From the NCBI GenBank assembly GCA_951406725.2, contig OX597823.1, positions 33,170,001-33,234,000 on the forward strand: a stretch of DNA of 64,000 bases, given 5' to 3'. Shown piece after piece: positions 22,901 to 36,300 of this stretch. Made by a program: the position numbers and the translations under genes. This stretch comes from Octopus vulgaris. Taxonomy: Eukaryota. The notes below the pieces were generated by a model, which saw nothing but the letters and a program-made list of their open reading frames with translations, did no database searches and was not told the origin of the DNA. Each line of letters begins with the position of its first letter. Positions within the stretch are counted from its first letter, which is position 1.

Positions 22901-25571
22901 TAAGCAGATATAAAGTGACCCAAGGGATGAGAATTTCATGCATGGCACTTAACAAGTTTCATATGCAACCCCTGGTCCTTGTGTCACTTTTATAATTTTC
23001 TGTCAGTTAAAAAATAAAAGTTTATATTTCCATGCATTGAGTTCTATCTCTCCTGTTGGTTCTACCTTCATGGCACTCTGTCAGTTACGACGATGAGGGT
23101 TCCAGTTGATCAGATCTATGGAACAGCCTGCTTGTGAAATTAACATGTAAGTGGCTGAGCACTCCACAGACACGTGTACTCTTAACATAGTTCTCGGGGA
23201 GATTCAGCATGACACAGAATGTGACAAGGCTGGCCCTTTGAAATACAGGTACAGCAGAAACAGGAAGAAAGAGAGAAAGTTGGGGTGAAAGAGTACAGCA
23301 GGGTTCGCCCCACCCCCTGTCGGAGCTCTAGGTGTTTCCTTTCAATAAACACGACCAGTCTGGGAATTGAAACCCTGATCCTATGACCGCAAGTCCACTG
23401 AGCCATTGTGCCTCCACATTAGTTCTACCAAACCTGTAATGTGTATGTATATATCATCATCATTTAATGTCCGTTTTCCGTGCTAGCACGGGTTATATAT
23501 ATATATATATTACACATGGCTATAAAACAATGTCCCAATAATAAATATGTCTAACCCAAGGAAACAAATGGTTGCACCCCTTATAAATTTTATAAATTTC
23601 ACCTCTGTCACTTACCCCAACTATATTTTGTACCTTTTTGTCTCAGATTTATACTTAAGAACAATAATTCCCCAATTTCTGCCAGGCGACATTTGTTACT
23701 CATTCTGTGTTTTATTTGTGTTAAAGAATGTGAAACTTCTGCAACAGTTCATCTGTCCACATAGTGGAGAAATTCTTCCTTCAATAAAAACCGGAATTTG
23801 TCAGCAAACATTTAGAACACTTCAAATAGAAGTAGCCATTGCCATTGATCTAGGTAAGTTCTTTCGTGTTCTTTTGGATTATTTTCTCTGGAATAATGTC
23901 TACTTTTGCATTGGCATTTAACTTTTGAGAGATGTTGTACATTCAGCAATCTTCGTAGTAAGGATGAAACCCAGCACAGTTCCCCCATAGCCATCAATGG
24001 AACAACTGTGACCTCGTCAACATGTTCGTCTCTCACACTAATAAAATAGATCAAATGATCCTTTCTTCTGTTAATGACCAATTGGTTGGAGTTAAAAACT
24101 AATTAGCAGATACGATGACATTAAAGGCAAGCCATAATTCAACTAAAAGTCTGTCTGAGGATGTGACAACATCTTTAATATTGGTGCCGTAATAAGATCC
24201 ATAACTCTTTACCTTAGAAAGTTCTGTCACTATTTTTCATTGGGGTTGACCCCCAGTAAATGTGTTTCTAATCCTTTTCTAACATCACTGTCATAGTGAA
24301 CCTTATTTTAGTCAACATCCTTTTAAGAGGAATTGCACTTCTCTTAGATAGGAATGCAGAACTAATACTGATAGATTTAGCTTGAAGGTGGCCTTGATAT
24401 TGCAAACTGATGGATTGTTTGATGCTCCAACTTTTCACCCTTTATAATAATAATCATTTAACATCCACTTTCCATGCTGGCATGGGTTGACTGGGGAACC
24501 AGATGGCTGCACCAGGTTCCAATCTGATCTGGATGCCCTTCCTAATGCCAACCACTCCAAGAGTGTGGTGGGTGCTTTTACATGCCACCAGCACGAGGGC
24601 CAGTCAGGCGGTACTGGCAATAGCCATGCTGAAATGGTGTTTTTTACGTGTCACCTGCACAGGAGCCAGTCCAGCAGTACTGGCAACAACCTCACTCAAA
24701 TGTTGTTTTTCACATGCCACCGGCACAAGTTGCAGTAAGGTGACGCTGGTAATGATCACGCTCAGATGGTGTTCTTAAAGCTCCACTAGCACGGATGCCA
24801 GTCATGCGGTGCTGTTACCGAATTTGATTTCGCTAATAATAATCCTTTCTACTGTAGGCAGAAGGCTTGACATTTGATTTGAACTCAGAATGTAGAGATT
24901 AATGGAATGTCCCTAAACATTTTGTCTGGCATCTTAACAGTTCTGCCAGTTTGCTGCCTTAATAATAATGGTTTCAAATTTTGGCAGAGCACCAGCAGTT
25001 TTTGAAGGAATGCAACAGTCAATTACATCAACCCTACTCTTTGATCGACTCCAGGAGGATAAATTACAAAAAGTTTGGGCGATCCTTTGTTTTGAGTCGA
25101 ATTTCCATGACCACGTGTTGTCATGTCAACTGTCAGTTGACGTATTGAAATGGAAAGAGAAAGCTAATGCGTTCTGCATGCGTGCTTGTTCCTCTGTGTG
25201 TGTGCATGCTTGTTCCTCTGTGTGTACATGCTTATACACAGACAGAGGAACAAGCATGCATGCAAAACTCATTAGCTTTCTCTTCCCATTTCAATACATC
25301 AACTGACAGTTGACGTGACAAGACGTGGTCACGGAAACTACCAAATTCATTGTTTACATTTTTCAAGTCAAAATGAAGGATCACCAAAGTTCATACAGTA
25401 TTAAGATGAAAATTAGCAAAATTGTTAGATAATTTGTCTTACACTGCATTTTCATTTAACCTTCTCCAGATTAAATTATAAATTATTAATACCGATTCCT
25501 CTTATCTTACAGGTTTAATAGAAATGATGGTACCATTTCGGAAATACAACTACAGTGATTATATTGATTGA
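16011..25571 (+). CDS. MRPS18B: 28S ribosomal protein S18b, mitochondrial (mS40), 182 aa, 6 exons
   Basis: Exons 16011-16070, 18601-18736, 20423-20517, 22579-22650, 23727-23853 and 25513-25571 join in frame (549 nt). Motifs [63 protein letters not shown] and TGICQ match the S18b family. Confidence 0.93.
17248..17684. mobile_element. tRNA-headed hammerhead SINE composite (inverted pair)
   Basis: Minus module about 17255-17395; plus module 17401-17684 with B box GTTCGATTCC; TSD ATTACTAACCACAT at 17234-17247 and 17685-17698. Confidence 0.82.
17559..17604 (+). ncRNA. Minimal type I hammerhead ribozyme motif (PLE-like); palindromic stem III has a C>T change
   Basis: GACAC-CTGATGA-A-GGCTG-gagggtatat-CAGCC-GAAA-T-GTT-GTGTT. 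Confidence 0.7.
18601..18736 (+). CDS. MRPS18B: MRPS18B exon 2
   Basis: Strong acceptor cttctttcag; ICPSSQRFV...SPETSKRYLESD. Confidence 0.9.
19130..19945 (-). mobile_element. Degraded RTE AP-endonuclease fragment
   Basis: NFNGHVGQHSEGFQGMQGGYDFGSRNEVGTRLLEFCDAHGLLICNTNFRK..HLITY; frameshifts present. Confidence 0.85.
20423..20517 (+). CDS. MRPS18B: MRPS18B exon 3
   Basis: [31 protein letters not shown]. Confidence 0.94.
20700..21029 (-). mobile_element. Young tRNA-derived SINE; related copies near 23075-23416 and 59310-59600
   Basis: Head GGAGGCGCAATAGCCCAGTGGTTAGGGC...GGTTTCGATTCCC (A/B boxes) with CpGs intact, followed by a shared body. Confidence 0.8.
22579..22650 (+). CDS. MRPS18B: MRPS18B exon 4
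   Basis: [24 protein letters not shown] (Zn-binding CPIC). Confidence 0.94.
23727..23853 (+). CDS. MRPS18B: MRPS18B exon 5
   Basis: [42 protein letters not shown]; donor G|GTAAGT. Confidence 0.94.
24452..24830 (-). mobile_element. RTE 3'UTR-derived repeat; shorter 3' ends recur near 12320, 14770, 18350, 26040, 37570, 41890 and 50150
   Basis: Shared GGATGCCCTTCCTAATGCCAACCAC...TTCCATGCTGGCATGGGTT core and ATC tail. Confidence 0.8.
25081..25382. mobile_element. Palindromic MITE / foldback element
   Basis: About 100-bp inverted arms, 25102-25200 versus 25233-25337; outer GATCCTT..TTTTGA / TCAAAATGAAGGATC. Confidence 0.7.
25513..25571 (+). CDS. MRPS18B: MRPS18B exon 6 (terminal)
   Basis: ttacag|GT; GLIEMMVPFRKYNYSDYID*. 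Confidence 0.9.
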
Positions 25572-25572
25572 A

Positions 25573-25635
25573 AATAAATATTTCTCTACCATTAAAAAAT
25601 ATTCCGTCATTCTTTTAACCATTTCCTGCAATAAA
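25573..25635 (+). terminator. Candidate MRPS18B polyadenylation signals
   Basis: AATAAA at 25573-25578 and 25630-25635, downstream of the stop. Confidence 0.5.
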
Positions 25636-25680
25636 ACACAAAAAGAAAAAAAAGCCAGACTTTCACTTCACTAATAATAA

Positions 25681-25686
25681 TTTATT
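25681..25686 (-). terminator. Candidate TSC1 polyadenylation signal
   Basis: TTTATT on + (AATAAA on -), 80 nt after the TSC1 stop. Confidence 0.45.
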
Positions 25687-25766
25687 ATATAATAGAATAT
25701 TGTTGTTGTTTTTTTGTAGTTTTGTTTTTGGCATTCATTTTTTTTCACCCCCCACCCCACTACTAA

Positions 25767-25927
25767 TCATACTATTGAAATACCAGGAGTTGTAGGGTTT
25801 CGTAACATCGAACTGTCCAGTTGCATCTCTGCAGTGTCTAATGGCGGCAGGTTATTAGTTAAGCTGTTCACTCCAACAATCTCACTTGATAATGCTGTTT
25901 CTTTTATCATTGATTCTGGCAAATATT
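25767..25927 (-). CDS. TSC1: TSC1 coding exon 21 (terminal)
   Basis: ttgcag|; EYLPESMIKETALSSEIVG...PGISIV*; phase fits. Confidence 0.8.
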
Positions 25928-28900
25928 CTGCAAAGAAAAGTTTCATTTTAAAATACATCTTCTCACATATGGCTTTCTTTTTGTATTTTAACATTTAAAC
26001 ATATTTCATATTAAAAAGTTTATGAAACACATGGAATATTAGGAAGGGCATCCAGCTGTAGAAACCATGCCAAAACAGACAGTTCTCCAGCTGGCCTGTT
26101 ACACTGTCCAACCCATGCCACTATGGAAAGTGGACACTAAACAAGGATATATATATATTTATACATACATATATACAGAGGGTGCGGTGAATAAACTGTT
26201 GTCTAAATCATGCAAAAATGAAAATAACACTGGCATTTCATTTTAACAGATATATTTACCAAACTTACATGAAAATATCTTTAAATACCAAAGAGTAAAT
26301 GTATTCAATAAAATTGCCATTGGCTTCAATCACAACCTCCAGACGACTTCAGAATCTCCTGCAACTCTTCTGGGCAGTCTCCTTGTTTAAGTTGGTGAAT
26401 GCTGCCATAATCTTTGCCTTCAGTTCATCTTGGGTGTGTTACAAGGAGTTTTGTTGGTCTCTCTCTCAGTTGTGTCTCACACATAATCTAAGGGGTTGCA
26501 GTCTGGGAAGTTAGGTAGCCAGATGTTAGGGGTAATGTGTTCACAGAAATTGTCTGATAATCACGACTGGGTTCTGCTTGTGTGGCATAGTGCAGAGTCC
26601 TATTGCCAGACACACGGTCTTCCAGCAGTCTACCCTCTTGAACCAGGGCACTACCTCTCTGTTGAGTCTGAGGCCATGTGAGAAGATGAATGGAGTAATA
26701 GCGTTACCATCACTAGTGATCCCTCCAAATACCATTATGTCCAATTGGATGTTTGATTTTTATCACTCTCTGTACATGTCTTCAGATTGACACAAACACT
26801 GAAATGTTCATATTGGAACTTCCAGCATGAATACCAAATAGTACAGCATGTCATTTCCAAATTTCTAGTAGAGTGAATTGTGTCATGGTGCCCAACTGAC
26901 CCTACTACACTGTGTAGTCGATAAAATCAAAAACAATGTGCATGCTCAAAATTAAAAATATAAAATGGCAACAATTAACCCATCATTCTCTCTCTATATA
27001 TATATATATATAAAAGCATGAAATTGTAATGATCTTTTGGGTGTTGACTGATCAAGAATAAGCTACAAATTTTTTGTTATGTTTTTGTAATATTTCAGTT
27101 TGTTGTGTTTTGTTAAATTCTATATTTTATACACACACACACAGACTGTGAGAAATACTGCGCAATTGAATTTTTCTAAAGCGAATATTTGCAAGTTGGA
27201 TTGAATAATGGTGCAAATGCATCCCTTCTGATGAAGACTATGTTTGAGGAGTTCCTTTGTATGGAGGGGAGGAAGAGTCACTCTATCAAAGACAATTAGA
27301 ACACTTTGGATTGTGGCCCTGCTGGGGCACTGCCTTGAAGGGTTTTAATTGAATCAATCGCCCCCCCAACGTACCTATGTTTTAAAGCCTGGTACTTATT
27401 CTCTTTTGCCAAACTAAGTTATAGGAATAGAAAACAGATCCACACTAGTTGATAAACAGTGGGGGTGACAGGGAATGCGCATGTGTACACACACACGATG
27501 GTCTTTCAGTCTCTATCACATCTACTCACAAGATCTTGGTTGGCCTGGGGCTATAGCTGAAGATGCTTGCCAATGGTGCCATGCAGTGGGATTGAACCTG
27601 GGGCCATGTGGGTGGGAAGTAAACATCTTAATACACTTCCATCCCTGTGTGTAGGTAAACACACAAGAAAAAGCAGAAAACATCAATGAAACAAATATTT
27701 AACGTCTCAAAGGTAACAAGAAAACTAAACTTTACCATTTTTCTGTAGAGCTTCTTTCTTCAGGACTACAATTTCTCCTCGCAATTTTAAGATATGAGAC
27801 TGTAAATTCTGGTTTACTTTCATAACACTGTCAAATTTGGCTTCACTCACCTGTAAAGAATAAAGGGAGAAAGTCACTTGATGTCCAATCTACAGCCAAC
27901 TTAATTACCTTATTACCTTAAGCACTCTTCTAATCATTTAGTTTCTGAAAGATAAAAACTGAAAAATATTAAAGCAGAAAGAATAGTTTCCTTGTAGCAA
28001 GACAGCAAAGTCGAATCTCACTGCAGCCATGGCATCCTTAGATAAGGAACATAACCAATTGGCTTGGAGTCTTGTGAATTGCATGGCATCTTTACTAGAG
28101 CTGGTAGCATGAAAAAAGCACAGAGTACATGCTGAGAGGAGGTTGGTATTAGGAAGAGCTTCCACCTGCAGATACCATACGAAAGCAGACAGTTGAGTTG
28201 GGGCAGTGTTTAGACTCATCAGATTTTATCAAACCACCCAATTCATGTCAGCAGAGTCAGTAAAATATTCCAATATATTCTTCAGTCAACTTACTCGAAT
28301 TTGTTCTCCAAACTTGTTCCTGACATTATCCAGACATTTCTTCAGCTCTTCAACAGTAATGTCCTAAAATAAACAAACAAGAAATTAATTTAGTATTGTT
28401 GTTGCTGATGTTGTAATGTTAACAACAGACATACCTATTAATGTCATAATAACTAACATCATATTTGTACAAATATTGTCATAGAAGTACAGTTAATACC
28501 ACAGTAGTACAAGGATTGTCATAACAGTATAGCTAATGTCGTCATAGAACAGGCAAGATCATAGTTGAACAGGTTATGTCAATACAACAGGTAAAAGTAT
28601 AGCAGTAGCTAATGCTGTAAAAGAAAGGGTAAAAATCAAAGCAGTCCAGGTATTGTCATAGCAATAGAGATAATGTCATAAAAGGACAGAGGTCAGTAGT
28701 ACAAGTACTGTCATAGCAGTATAGATAATGTCATAATAGGCAAGGTCATAGTAGTGCAGATAAATGCCAAAATCATTCAGGTAGTCTTATTACATATTGT
28801 AAGAGGACAGGTAATGCCATGACACTATAGAAAATATACAGAAAGATTGTAATCAATAAATTAGCTAAGAAATACTTTAGACTTGTTGTTTTCGTCAAGT

Positions 28901-31900
28901 TCTTGCCACCTGGACTTCCAGTTCTCAGCCACAACTTCCCTTTGTTGCAAACATTTTTTCAATTCTAGAAACAAAAAAATTGGTAAAGAGAAAAAAAACA
29001 ACATCCAGACAATTAAAAACATATTTACAGTTCACTGACCTAACAGTGTTAGACATGTGGCTCTAACATGGCTTTAGATTAGTTACAGTAATGTTCTACA
29101 TGTGAATCATAACATATTTGGCTGACATAATGTTTTACATGTGACTGTGTGGTATCTTGAGCAAGTGTCTTCATCAATAGCCCAGGACAACCAAAGCTTT
29201 GCAAATGAATTAAGTAGACAGAAACTGAAAAATTATATATATATAATGTGATTGTGCCACGTCAAAAACACTCAGCCCACTCTGTGGAGTGGTTGGTGCT
29301 AAGATGGGCATCCAGCTATAAAAAAAAATCTGCCAAAACAGACAGAGAGGTATGGTGCAGTCTTCTGCCTAGCCAACTCCTATCAAACTGTCCAACCTAT
29401 GCCAGCATAGGAGGACATTAAACAAGGATGATGAAATATATATATATATATATATATATACATACACACACAGTGTGTGTATGTATATATAATGTGTATG
29501 TTTCATTGCTTTGACATCACGTGATGGTTGTAAATGAGTGACACTATTACACAAGTGGCAGGATTCATTTCCAATCTTTGGTGAGAAAATGTCCAGCCAA
29601 GGGGAAATATTTCCTTACTTGAAGGTGAAGGATAGTGACTGGGAGGGTATCCAGCTTTAGAAAATCTGTCTCATTGAATTCGATCTGACCCATGCAAACA
29701 TGTAAAAGTGGACATTATGATGACTTGTAACACAACTGCAAATTACAGACACAGCGATGTTCTACATGTGACAATGTGACCATTTTATTTTAATGTATCC
29801 TCAATTTCTCACCATGCTCCTTGTCTAAAACATAAAGTAACACCAAATTTCTCCATATACAACACATTATATCATTTGCCATCAACGTCAGGAAGGTTGC
29901 CCACTTCAATTGACGACAGTCACCTTATATTTATGTGAAAATGGTAATGAGGAGTTATTTTGTACAGAGATAAGAGAGCAATTAAAACAAATTAACTGGG
30001 TTTACCTTGTGTTTCTTCTTCCAATGTGTTCACATAATGCTGTCTCTTTTCTTTCTCATTACACTGATAATAAACACCATCCAGCTTCTCCTGGTATCGT
30101 TGCTGGAGTTCTCCCATCAGAAGTAACTCCTTCTGTAGTAGGAACATCTATCAAAGACACACAGTCAAACATTCAATAATTAGTCATAACAGAATTCAGT
30201 TTAAATAGCTGTAAACACAAAGCAAGTCATTGCTGATTTTTAACCCCAGGTTAGCTTTGACTGAGCAGGTCTATGATCAAAGGTGCTGTCACCAAGACCA
30301 TTCTGTCTTTTTGTGTAAAGGGGTCTACACCATTTAACATACAACTCTTATTCCCACCCACCCTTCTATGGAGTGGTCATGTATCTCCTCTATAGCAAGA
30401 CATCCGTTCCTGTTCTTCCATCAGATTTTAACCTCTCAATATCTGGCATGAAACTGCCTTCTTCCCCTATACAACACTCAGTCAAGGGTTTTTTTCTTTT
30501 AGATTTGCAAGGCAAAATGACAATGTCAGAATGCTGGTGCTAGAGGTGGGGGAAGCACTAAATACACTCTGTAGTATTATGGAGGGCATCCATCTGTAGA
30601 AAGCATGCCAGAGCAGACATTGGAGTACGAGATGCAATTCTCAGACTTACTGAAGCCTGCTGAATGGTCTAAGCCATGCCACCATGGAAGATTAATGTTA
30701 AATGATGATGATGATGATGAAGAAGTGTGATTTGAGGAAGATTTTGTTATTTAAACCCCCTTGTTAGCTTCTGGTTGAGCAGACCTATGTGATTAAAAGC
30801 AATCCAGTAATGACTATCTCATCATTGCTCTCTATGTGCATAGAACCCAAAATGACATCCAACGATCCTTTTCTAAGATAGCAAGGTGTGATTCGAGGGA
30901 GGTTTAGCTGCTATTTATAGTGGGTGAACAACATAGATTCCCTTATTAGCACTCAGTTATTATTGTTGCTGGTGATGGTGATGATGATGATAAAATGCCT
31001 AGCTTTTCTGTCAGTAACTTACCTGTTCTTTCAATTTTTCTTTATCTGAAACTTGTTTTTTCATTAGTTCCAACCTTTTCTCAGCTTGGAACAATTTCTG
31101 GTTTGCCTCTTGAAAATTCTAAATAAAAATGAATACATAAAATATAAGATTAAACACTGAAACCTCTCACCACCACCACCACAATAATACACAGAAATCA
31201 AATAATTCTCTAAATTGGCAATTACTTTGAATTAATTGTAGAATGTAACATTTTCCAGCAAATGCCTTCCACCTGCAGTTGTAAACTTTCTCAGAAGCAT
31301 CACCAACTTTTTCTCTCCTTCCAGCTGGAGTAATCGTGTATCTCCACTAGAGCAAGACACCTGTTGCTGTCCCTCAACACCTGGCAAAAAGCCACCTCCA
31401 TCTCTACTAAAACCTCCACTCAGTTGGAGGAGGAAGCTTGTCTTGCAAGTTATTTCATGATCTCACTGGTGATGGTGCCATGAAAAAAGAAACAGCAAGC
31501 AGTACAGTAACATGGTTGGAACCAAGATGGACATCCAGTCATAGAAACCATTCAAAAGCAGACATTGGAACTTGACATGCTTTTCTGGGATGTCAGATTC
31601 TGTTGAATCGTCCAACCAATGCCAGCATGGAAGATGGATATTAAATGATGATCAACTTGATGAACTTACACACACACACAGGTACAAGTGGCTGTGTGCT
31701 TCTCCAATGACATGTTGCATGTGTATATGTACTTTTGTCTTGACAATGTGTTGGTTGTAAAGGAATATGATTGTCATACAAGCAATGTTGTTAGTTTCCA
31801 GTCTGCCATGAAAGATATGTCTGGCCATGAAGAAACCTTATCTAGCCTGGAAATATGTGAGGGTTGGCAACAGGAAGGGCATCTGTCTGTAAAAATAATC

Positions 31901-33326
31901 TGTCTCAACAAATTCTGTCTGACCCATGCAAACATGGAAAAGTGGGTGTTAGATCATGATGATAGACATGCACACACACATCACCCAGTAACATACACAT
32001 CACCCTGCTTCTTCAGTCTCAATATCAACACAATATCAAAGTGTACAAGAGTCTTGTTAAAGAAATTCAAAATAAAAATAAAAAATACTCACATTTCTAT
32101 CTTCTTTTGCCATTTTTTCTCTTTCACTGAGATCATTTTTCAAAAGTTCATTTTCAGCTTTCAATTTCTCACAGAATGCCTGACATACTCTGAGAAGAAA
32201 AATAAAGTTGTTTTAGCAAATATTGGTTAACGTGTTAGTCACACACACACAAGCAGTTGAGGCTGTAATTAATTAAAATCATCATCTATTTAACATAATG
32301 TAAACACACTGTATATAGTCCAGTTAATACAATATTCATCTATTTAACATAATGTAAACACACTGTATATAGTCCAGTTAATACAATATTTGCTCTGAGA
32401 TAATATCTCTTGACATGTTAAAGACACAATATCAGAGAGAGATGAAAATTCATCCAAGCTGCATTTTGGCCTTTTTAATGGTGCCAGTCAGCCACAGATT
32501 CGGATCAGAATTTGGATTTCTGATATTGGAAAAAGTGAATAAAACATTTACTGATGTTGTGAATAGCCACTTGGCTGAATAAAAATGTATATGCAATTGA
32601 GGCAGTATTTAATTAAAATAGTCATCTATGTATCATACTTAATGTATACACACTGGTGATAGTATTAGTCTGGGCAGCTATGTGCAGCATCAGTGAATGT
32701 TTTATTCACTTTTTCCTATATCAGTGATAATGTAGAAAGTGGGATGGTCGTGACTGGAACAGCTTTGATTATAGGTCTGAGATTAAATAACAATTGTCAT
32801 AACCAGATACATTAATTAAATGTCGTAATTAAGAATAAAATAGCTTACTTCAATTTCTCAATAGATGAATATTGATTTTTATCTTCAGTCTGTTTTAGTT
32901 GGCAATTAACTTCCTGCAGTTTCTTGATTGTTTCTTGTAAATCACGGATCTCTTTCTCTTGGAGACGCAATTGATCCAACTGGAAGAAGAAGAAACAGTA
33001 AACTGACTGAATTCTCAATACAACAAAGTCTCTCAAATGGTGAAATAACTATTGGTTGTTGGATGTTAACAAACTGAAGTATAATTGTGCAGTATTACCT
33101 ATAACTAACTCTTACAGCCCTCCCTTACCATCTTTCATAAGCTGCACACAAACATGATTTGCACCTCTCTTAAACATCTCAAGCCAGACCTGTATTACAT
33201 GAAATGACAGAGACCTTGAGAAATGACAGGGACCTTGAGAATGTCTTTCAATGGGGACCCCAAGACACCTGATGGTGTCTTGGGGAAATTTTGAAACTGG
33301 GTTTTCATTCCTAAGGTATTTTTTGA

Positions 33327-33359
<33 letters not shown>

Positions 33360-36300
33360 AATCACTGTCTGGAATTGAACTCGAAATCTTAGGGTTAGTA
33401 GCCCGCGCTCTTAACCACTACGCTATATGCCCACGGGCATATGGCGTAGTGGTTAAGATGAGGGCAAATATCTGTCACATGTAAATAATGTACATAATTC
33501 CTTATCTCTTAAATATAGAACTGTATTAAACAAAATGTCATTCAGTTGATTGATAAAGATTCACTGAAGAACAGAACAGAATCCACAGCTCACAAGTTTG
33601 CCACTTCTTCACATTGTCTCTGATGTTGCTATGACAATGGTACACACACTCTCTTGCTAACTGGACCCATCTATCAGTCCTCTTCATGTACCCATATTGT
33701 GTAACATTTCTAAAATCCCACACTAAACACTTCCTCCAATCCTTCCTCCACAGAACTTGATGTCAAAGCTGAGTACCAGCCACATCAATTTCACCAGTCT
33801 AAGAACTGTCTCGGCTGCTCCACTTCTTTCTCCTCTAGCTTTCTTATAACTTAATATACCAATTGTCTGACCAATTACTCCACTGACCAATCTGTTATCT
33901 CAGAAACAAGAACAATAGGAGCCACTCAAAGAAGAGCTATATTATCACTTTATCTGCTAGAAATAAGAACCAAATCTTCCTTAAATTCCCTTACTGTGTC
34001 AAAAAAAGGATACACTGGATAAGGTAATCTTGCCTAAAAGCAAGAAACAGGCATGGCTGTGTGGTTGAGAAGCTTACTCCCAACCATGTGGTTTTAGGTG
34101 GTACCTTGGGTAAACGTCTTCTACTATAGCCTTGTGAATGGATTTGGTAGATGAAAACTGTAAAAAGAAACCTGTCATGTGTGTGTTTCTGTGTACTCAT
34201 GCCATGACGGCACATAATAGATGTAAACGAGTAGTGTTGCTTGTTACCAGTCTTTCATGGAAAACATGTCTGGCCATTGGGAAAGATTGCTTTGTTTGAA
34301 AGAAACAGGTGAGGGTTGGCAACAGGAAGGGCATCCAGCTGTAGAAAATTTTATCAACATACTCTGTGTAAGCCACGCAAGCATGGGATGATTGACGTAC
34401 GGTGAAGATGGAAATGGATAGTTATGGCTGGAAAGATTTTGGTAATAGGTTTGTTTGATTCAATAACAATAGCAGCAGCAGCACCACTGCCAACAACAAC
34501 AATAAAATAGATAAGAAATTTAAAAGATTCATACTATAGCAGAATTTTGTTCCTTCAAAGCTGTCACATGAGAAGCATTGATTTGTTTCGTTGCAGCCAA
34601 TTTAGCAAATCCTTCACGTTGGAGACGTTCGTAGATGAGCTGGTTCTGCATCAGAATAATTTGGTTCTGAAGGATACTAATGTCGTCAGCGGGCGGGGAA
34701 CCTGGCAGAGGATATAGCATGGATATTAGTAAGATTAGTCAAGTGTATCACTGTTAGATATAACATGGTAGAATGGAACTGTTTTATATATATGATAACA
34801 ATGGAAAGAGAGAGAGAGAGGGAGAAAGAGATCATGTATTGTTAAATTAAAGATATAGGACAGCATTGTATTGAGAGGCTGAATATGGAATATAATCATA
34901 AATAATTTAGCTACAATGTCTTAACATTCTAAAATCAAATCTCACCAAAGTCCACATTGCATTTCACATTACCAAGGTCAATAAAATAAAGAGTACCAGT
35001 CGTATACTATGTTTATTTAATTAACTAAAATCCTTCTCCCTATATATGGTCTTGTGTTAAGAAATTTATCATTATTATTTTGATAAACAACCACAACAAA
35101 AGCAAATATAAAGCAAAAAGGAAAAAAAAAACCCTAATGTGTAGAGAGTGAAAAAAAAGGGTCTAATTATACTTACCCCCGAAACATGTTCGGGTGATGT
35201 TGCTTTGAGTAGTTGAAGGGACTTGACTAAGCTCTTTATCATGTTGTGCAGCACCTCTACTCAGCAGTTTGTCAAGGATCTCCACAGGAGATAAATTAAT
35301 CCACTGGTCATTGGGACAGTCACCTAAACGAGCCACAAAATTAACGTTAAAAATTTGCAACTTATTCAACCATATTAAATAATATTTCCAAACCTCCTAA
35401 AGAAAAAAAAAAGTCTCAGAATTGTTGCTTAGTTTGGTTTAAGGGAGAGCTTTTAGTTATGGTTTAAGAGACAATGTTTAGGTGTGGGTATGCATAGAGG
35501 TATATATATGTATGTCTCTCTCTCTCTTGCTCTCCTCTTGTCTTGACTTCACATGATGGTTATAAACAAGTGGCACTAGCATAGAAATGATGTTGCTCAA
35601 CCGCAGTCCACAAGAATATATCATACTAGCACTATGACCCGGCAACGCGGGTCATAGTGCATGCATATACAGCTGCATGCGTGTGCACATACATGAGAGT
35701 ACTGTCCAAATATCCGACCAATCACATACAGCTAGCTGGCATTCAATCGGCGTATCAAGTTTCGGGCATTTTGATTGGGTGACTGGGGAAATGTAAAGAT
35801 GTGCACGGTTTTGAATGACCATAGAAAGTGCAAGCCCTCTAACTGAAAAATTGTGGATTTGTATAAAGGATACACACACACACACAGACAGACATTTTGC
35901 CATTTATATATATATAGAGATAATATATATTGTATAAATTATGATATTTATGATATAATCTATAGATGCCATGCATTGGAACTGAACCTAGACCTCATGG
36001 TTTCCAAGTGAACTTCATTTGGCCACACAGTTCCGATGAAATGTTGTGTACTATTGTTTTAATGTTAAATATTGTTTTACTTTCATTGTAAACATAATGT
36101 TGAATGAGAGGAAAATAACGATAAAGGAATAGAATTTAAAAGAATATTTTGAGAAACAAGAGAACTTACCTAGGAGCTCAAGAGAACAATCTTCGGTCTC
36201 CTTGGCGGAGTCCAGAGATTTCTTACAGCGGATACATAAGCTAAAAGGGGATGGACTCAGAAGAAAGTGGTAAAGGTTGATAAGTTCAGCACTTGGAACG

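Noticed and set aside
27222-27265. Hammerhead at CTGATGAAGACtatGTTT
   Set aside because: Followed by GAGG rather than GAAA; no stem III or cleavage triplet.
31688-32230. 180-aa plus-strand ORF
   Set aside because: Made of SINE sequence plus the antisense of TSC1 exon 15.
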